Below, piece by piece: positions 59,790-64,000 of a stretch of DNA of 64,000 bases. The stretch lies in the NCBI RefSeq assembly GCF_009914755.1, contig NC_060925.1, one strand, 5' to 3'. The first letter of the stretch is position 1. Each line of letters starts with the position of its first letter. Below the pieces are notes generated by a model that worked only from the letters and a program-made list of their open reading frames with translations, was not told the DNA's origin and made no database searches. This DNA is from the human T2T-CHM13v2.0 reference genome, Homo sapiens. Made by a program: the position numbers and the translations under genes.

Positions 59790-59960
59790 CCGGTTCCACC
59801 TTGAGCAAGGGACATATCCGCTCCGTGCCTCAGTTTCTTCATCTGTAAAATGGAGGTGATAAGAGGACCCACCTCACAAAGTTGCTGTAAGGATTAAATT
59901 AGCTCATGGGAAGCACTCGGTGCAGCGCTTAGCATGCAGTGAGCGCTGGGTGCTCAAGAG
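59790..59960 (+). mobile_element. MIR
   Basis: GTGCCTCAGTTTCTTCATCTGTAAAATGGAGGTGATAAG...GTTGCTGTAAGGATTAAATTAG. Confidence 0.88.
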
Positions 59961-61048
59961 CTTTGGTTTCCATGACTACAACTGGCTACTCTGAGTCTTA
60001 GTCCTTGGGGATGGCTCAGTCCCCCTCTCGGCATCTAGGTCTGCTTCTGTAGCCCACACCCAAATTCTTCTTACCGCATCCATCAGTGCCTGCTCGTGAT
60101 GGGGCTCTGATCCTCAGCTTCATGGAGGACACAGCCATGATTGAGCTCCCACTGTCTACAAGGCTCAGTGAGGCACAGCAGCTGTGACGCCCCAGGGAAC
60201 TTAGTTACCCTCTTCATACTTCATCTTCCTCATCTGAAAAACAGGCGTGTAAACAGTCTTCACTTCACATGGCTGTTGTGAGGAATTAATGAGTTAATTG
60301 CAAGGGACTTACCACAATTCCTGACCCATAGTCTAAATGTGCAAAAAATAATGCAAGCTGTGGGGATTGTTATGTTCAAGGTCATGGGTGTCCTGGGGGG
60401 TGTCAGTTATGGTCCCTGCCTCCTGTCCTCCTTTGTCATAGACCCTGCATCTCCCACGGCATATAGCCTGCCTCTTCCTGCTTCCCTGAGTTCAGATGAA
60501 ACACTATGCCCTGTCCTGTTCTCATTCCCAGCCTTGGAGGTGGCTTGTCCCTGCTGAGCCTCTGCCATTTGTTTGCCAAAGGGCTCCTTACATGGGCAGA
60601 AGTTACACTCAGACCCTGTGGGCTATGAAAGTTCCCTCAGTAACTCCCTTTTTTGGAGAGCTCGTGTTCTAGACATTGGGCTGAGTAGTTGACAAAGATC
60701 TCATTGAATTTATAGAATGGTCCCATTTTACAGGTGAGGAAACCAAGGCGCAGGAAAGTTGAGGAACATGCCCAGAGTAGCTAGAGCACTGAAGGGCAGA
60801 GCTGGCACTCCAGTGGCCACAGCCTGAGCTTTTCGCCTCTAGGCCGCTGTTTCTCCTTCTGAGGGAGGCATCTCCTGTCCCATGCGCTTTCTCCTGCAGA
60901 TTCTCTCTGCCCAGCTCTGGGAAGGCCGTCTGCCCCTGTCACACTTCAAGCTGCTGCGTGGATCCCTGCGGTAGGGCGAAGACCGTCTCTGGGTGCTCCA
61001 GTTCTGCCCTCTTTCCAGCAGAAGGGCTTTTCAAACAGGCTTCCCATC

Positions 61049-61492
61049 TGAGAAAGGAAAATATCTTGGGCCCCCAAAATCACGAAACTAAAAGGAAAAT
61101 TCAAGCTGGAAACTGCTCAGAGCAAACCTGTCTCCCATTCTATTCAAAGTCACCTCTCTGCTCACTGAGATAGATGCATATCGGATCGCCTCCTTTGGAG
61201 AGGCTAATCAGAAACTCGAAAGAATGCAGCCATTTGTCTCTCACTTATCTGTGACCTGGAAGCCCCCTCCTTGCTTGTCCCCGCCTTTCTGGACAGAACC
61301 AATGTACTTCTTACATATATTGATTGGTGTCACATGTCTCCCTAAAATGTATAAAACCAAGCTGTGCCCCTACCACCTTGGGCACATGTAGTCAGGACTT
61401 CCTGAGACTTTGTCACATGTGTGTGTCCTCAACCTTGGCAAAATAAGCTCTCTAAATTAACTGAAATCTGTCCCAGATTTTCTGGGTTTACA
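61049..61492 (+). mobile_element. MER4A1-like (ERV1) solo LTR, uninterrupted
   Basis: TGAGAAAGGAAAATATCTTGGGCCCCC...TGTATAAAACCAAGCTG...TTCTGGGTTTACA. Colinear with the 56461 copy. Confidence 0.92.
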
Positions 61493-62129
61493 GGTCTGAC
61501 CCTCACCCTGCTCTCCTTCTGACCCTGACCCTGGACCCTCCTTCCGCCTCTGGAGGTCACTCCTTCCACGGTGCAGCTTCGCTCTGCCAGGATTCTCCGT
61601 TCTGCTTCCCTTGCTCAATACAAACTGCCCTCAGAGCTGAAGGTTTATGCTCCTACAAATGCACATGTTTACAAGAACCCTGCATACTTTTCCAGCCAGG
61701 GCTCTCCAGGGCACAGAAGAATGGGGGAGGGCTTGGTCATTTCCTAAAACAGTGTGTGGATAAGCAAACAGCCACTCCTTGAGAAAGTCCCAGAATAAGC
61801 AAACGGATTTAATGTTGTTCAATCTTACTTTCTCCAAATAAATTTAACTCCAGGACTTTTATTTTTTTCATTTGCAACTCTAGTTAACATTTCAAAGAAC
61901 CTCTAGGGCAAATCTTGACATGAAGCCGTTCAGAACCCGCCCCTACCCCCCGAGTCTCACACATTCGATCGCCTCTCACCTTTGCCTATGAATCGAACTC
62001 ATTCTTCAAGGTCCTGTTGGAATACCCCTCTTCCAGGAAGTTTGTACTGATTCCTTTAGCTAGAAACAACCTTTTCTTGTAGGAAGCTTCATGTTAGGGA
62101 CTTTCTTGAGTGTCTTCAGAGCAGACCCT

Positions 62130-62385
62130 GGGTGGCATGGTGGTTGAGACATGAATTTTGGAGTCAGATGCAAGTTTGAGACCTGGTACAACCTCAGAAG
62201 AGTGGGATGACCTTGGAGAATGTTACTCAGCTTCTCTGAGCCTCATCTGTGTTTCCTCTACTGCAATATAGGATAATAGTAGAACCCGTTTGCAATGTTT
62301 TCACATGAACAGCTCAGCAGAGTACAAATCACATAGTAAGCATATAATGAGTGGCAGTTGCTACTATTATTATTATTATTATCAC
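62130..62385 (+). mobile_element. MIR with (TAT)n tail
   Basis: TTTGGAGTCAGA...GACCTTGGAGAATGTTACTCAGCTTCTCTGAGCCTCA...CACATAGTAAGC. Confidence 0.85.
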
Positions 62386-63739
62386 CACCATTAGGGATGT
62401 TAGTATCTCTTTGTAGAATTGATTTCAGTCCACACCAGGACATCACAGGGCCATTTGGAGTGTGTCTGTAGCCATAGATGTGAACTTGAAGGTAGGCAGC
62501 ACTACCTCACTTAAATCTCTGCTCTGAGCCCCCGGGTAAGGGCTGGGGGCTGGGAGATGCTCTGGTGTCTGGGGTGTCTCCTGCCTTGAGTCAGATCCAA
62601 GAAGGAGGCTGAGTGAGGAGGCTGGCCTTCCCCCATATGAGAACCCAGAGATGCCAAGGCCTCCCTCTGTCTGCTCAGTGAAAGGAAGGCTCAGAGCCTG
62701 GCGTGAGGTTAATGAGTCGCTCTCACTCTAATAATCTGATAAATGGCTCTTCCTCCCCTGGATCCTCTATGGAACTTTTAGCTCCTTTCTTGGGCTGGTT
62801 GCTGCCTGGTGGAGACCTCTGAGCAGGCCATTATTGCTTAATTACTGGCTAAACAGTCTCATTTGTTCTCCATTTGTCAGTGGTGAGTCCCAGCCAGGGC
62901 AGCAGAGAGAATTTTGAAATTCCTCATGGAGCTTTGGCTTTGGGAAATAAAGACACCTGTGTCTCCTTCCCCGCTGCCACCCTCTGGCCACGCTGGCCAC
63001 AGAGATGGCTGAGCAGCTCCTGGAGTTAGTGCTGGCTGTTGTCTCTACCACCATCTGAATTGCTTTCTTTGCTCTTCTGTTTGCTTTTTCCTTTCTTGTC
63101 TTGGCCTTTCCACTCCTTCAGCCTGGTGTGGGAGAACTTGGATTCTGCAGCTGGGAAACTTGGTATGAAATCCTGGTTTCTAGATCTACTCAGGTCTATC
63201 CCTGTCCAGGTGGGCGACTGGATCTCTATACCTTTATATGCAAAATATGTGCACTAGAAACACAGTGCAAAGTGGGTGCACTAGCCTCATGATGGCATGG
63301 TGAGCAGGACGTAAAAGTAAGTGGGATGCAAGCAGGATTTCCACTGCCAACTAGGGTTGGGCACATTGTGCAAATGCCAACTTTAATTCTATTTTCCTCT
63401 ACATGCATGACCTGCTTCATACCATTGTGTCACTTCCACAGGTCTCCTTCATGAACATGGAAGGGTTTGGCCCAGATCCCCCACTCACACTGGCACTGTC
63501 TTCCACCTCTGCCCACCCTGTCATTCCCTTCCCCAATGAGGTGTTCTACTTGGATGGTCTGGGTGCAGGAGGAGACATTTTTCCTCTTCAGTAATGCTGT
63601 TGCAAAACCTTCTCTATGCTCTTTTTCCTACACGGAAAATCAACTTGGCAATATGTAGCTCACCTAAAGTGCCAGTACATACTTGGCCAGTGGATAGGCT
63701 GGCTGGGCATCTCCGCTAAGTAAATTTGGGCATTTAAGA

Positions 63740-64000
63740 CTGTTGCGAGTTGGGAACTATGGGAAGGAGACTGTGAGTTGGAGCTCAGCATGCAGGATGT
63801 TTATTAGGAAGCCTTTTGGAAACACCACCCATGGAAGGGAGAGGATGGAAACAGAACTGGGCAGAGGGAGAATTTGAGCTGGAACAGAGTCCCAAAATGA
63901 TTTTGGCCAATGGCACTTGGCTAGCCAGAGTTTGAAGGGCTCTTCAGAGTCTGCCCAAGTTGGGGGTGAGGGCTAGGTGTGGGTCTCCCTGGGGAGTGAG
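63740..64000 (-). mobile_element. LTR16-family fragment (runs off the window)
   Basis: GCATGCAGGATGTTTATTAGG...GAACTGGGCAGAGGGAGAATTTGAGCTG. Confidence 0.65.

Noticed and set aside
59243-59848. 201-aa ORF
   Set aside because: It has a non-ATG start, is Pro/Ser/Gln-rich with no domain, and runs into a MIR.

Overview
This is primate (human-like) euchromatic non-coding DNA, either intergenic or deep intronic. I cannot place the locus from sequence alone. I find no convincing protein-coding exon, tRNA, rRNA, snRNA, CRISPR array or CpG island. The ORF track is explained by Alu, L1 and simple-repeat frames plus chance ORFs in GC-rich DNA. A large share of the window is recognisable interspersed repeat: 19 Alu copies or fragments, a 3.8-kb 5'-truncated L1PB-type element, several older L1M pieces, many MIR and L2 fragments, and solo LTRs (MST, THE1, MLT1, LTR16, LTR33, two MER4A1). 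DNA-transposon MITEs are also present (MER63, MER33, MER20, MER5A, MER58, MADE1, MADE2). Many of these are nested and have readable target-site duplications (TSDs). Family calls come from remembered consensus sequences rather than a search, so subfamily names and old-repeat boundaries are approximate. I did not find a new multi-gene system. The best leads are: (1) two short, non-tandem local duplications; (2) a non-repeat, coding-like 113-codon frame at 23.1-23.4 kb; (3) a CCAAT/GC/TATA promoter-like cluster with downstream splice signals at 27.7-28.9 kb; (4) several motif-dense candidate enhancers; (5) a near-perfect MADE1 hairpin; (6) closely spaced inverted Alus inside a MER4A1 LTR.
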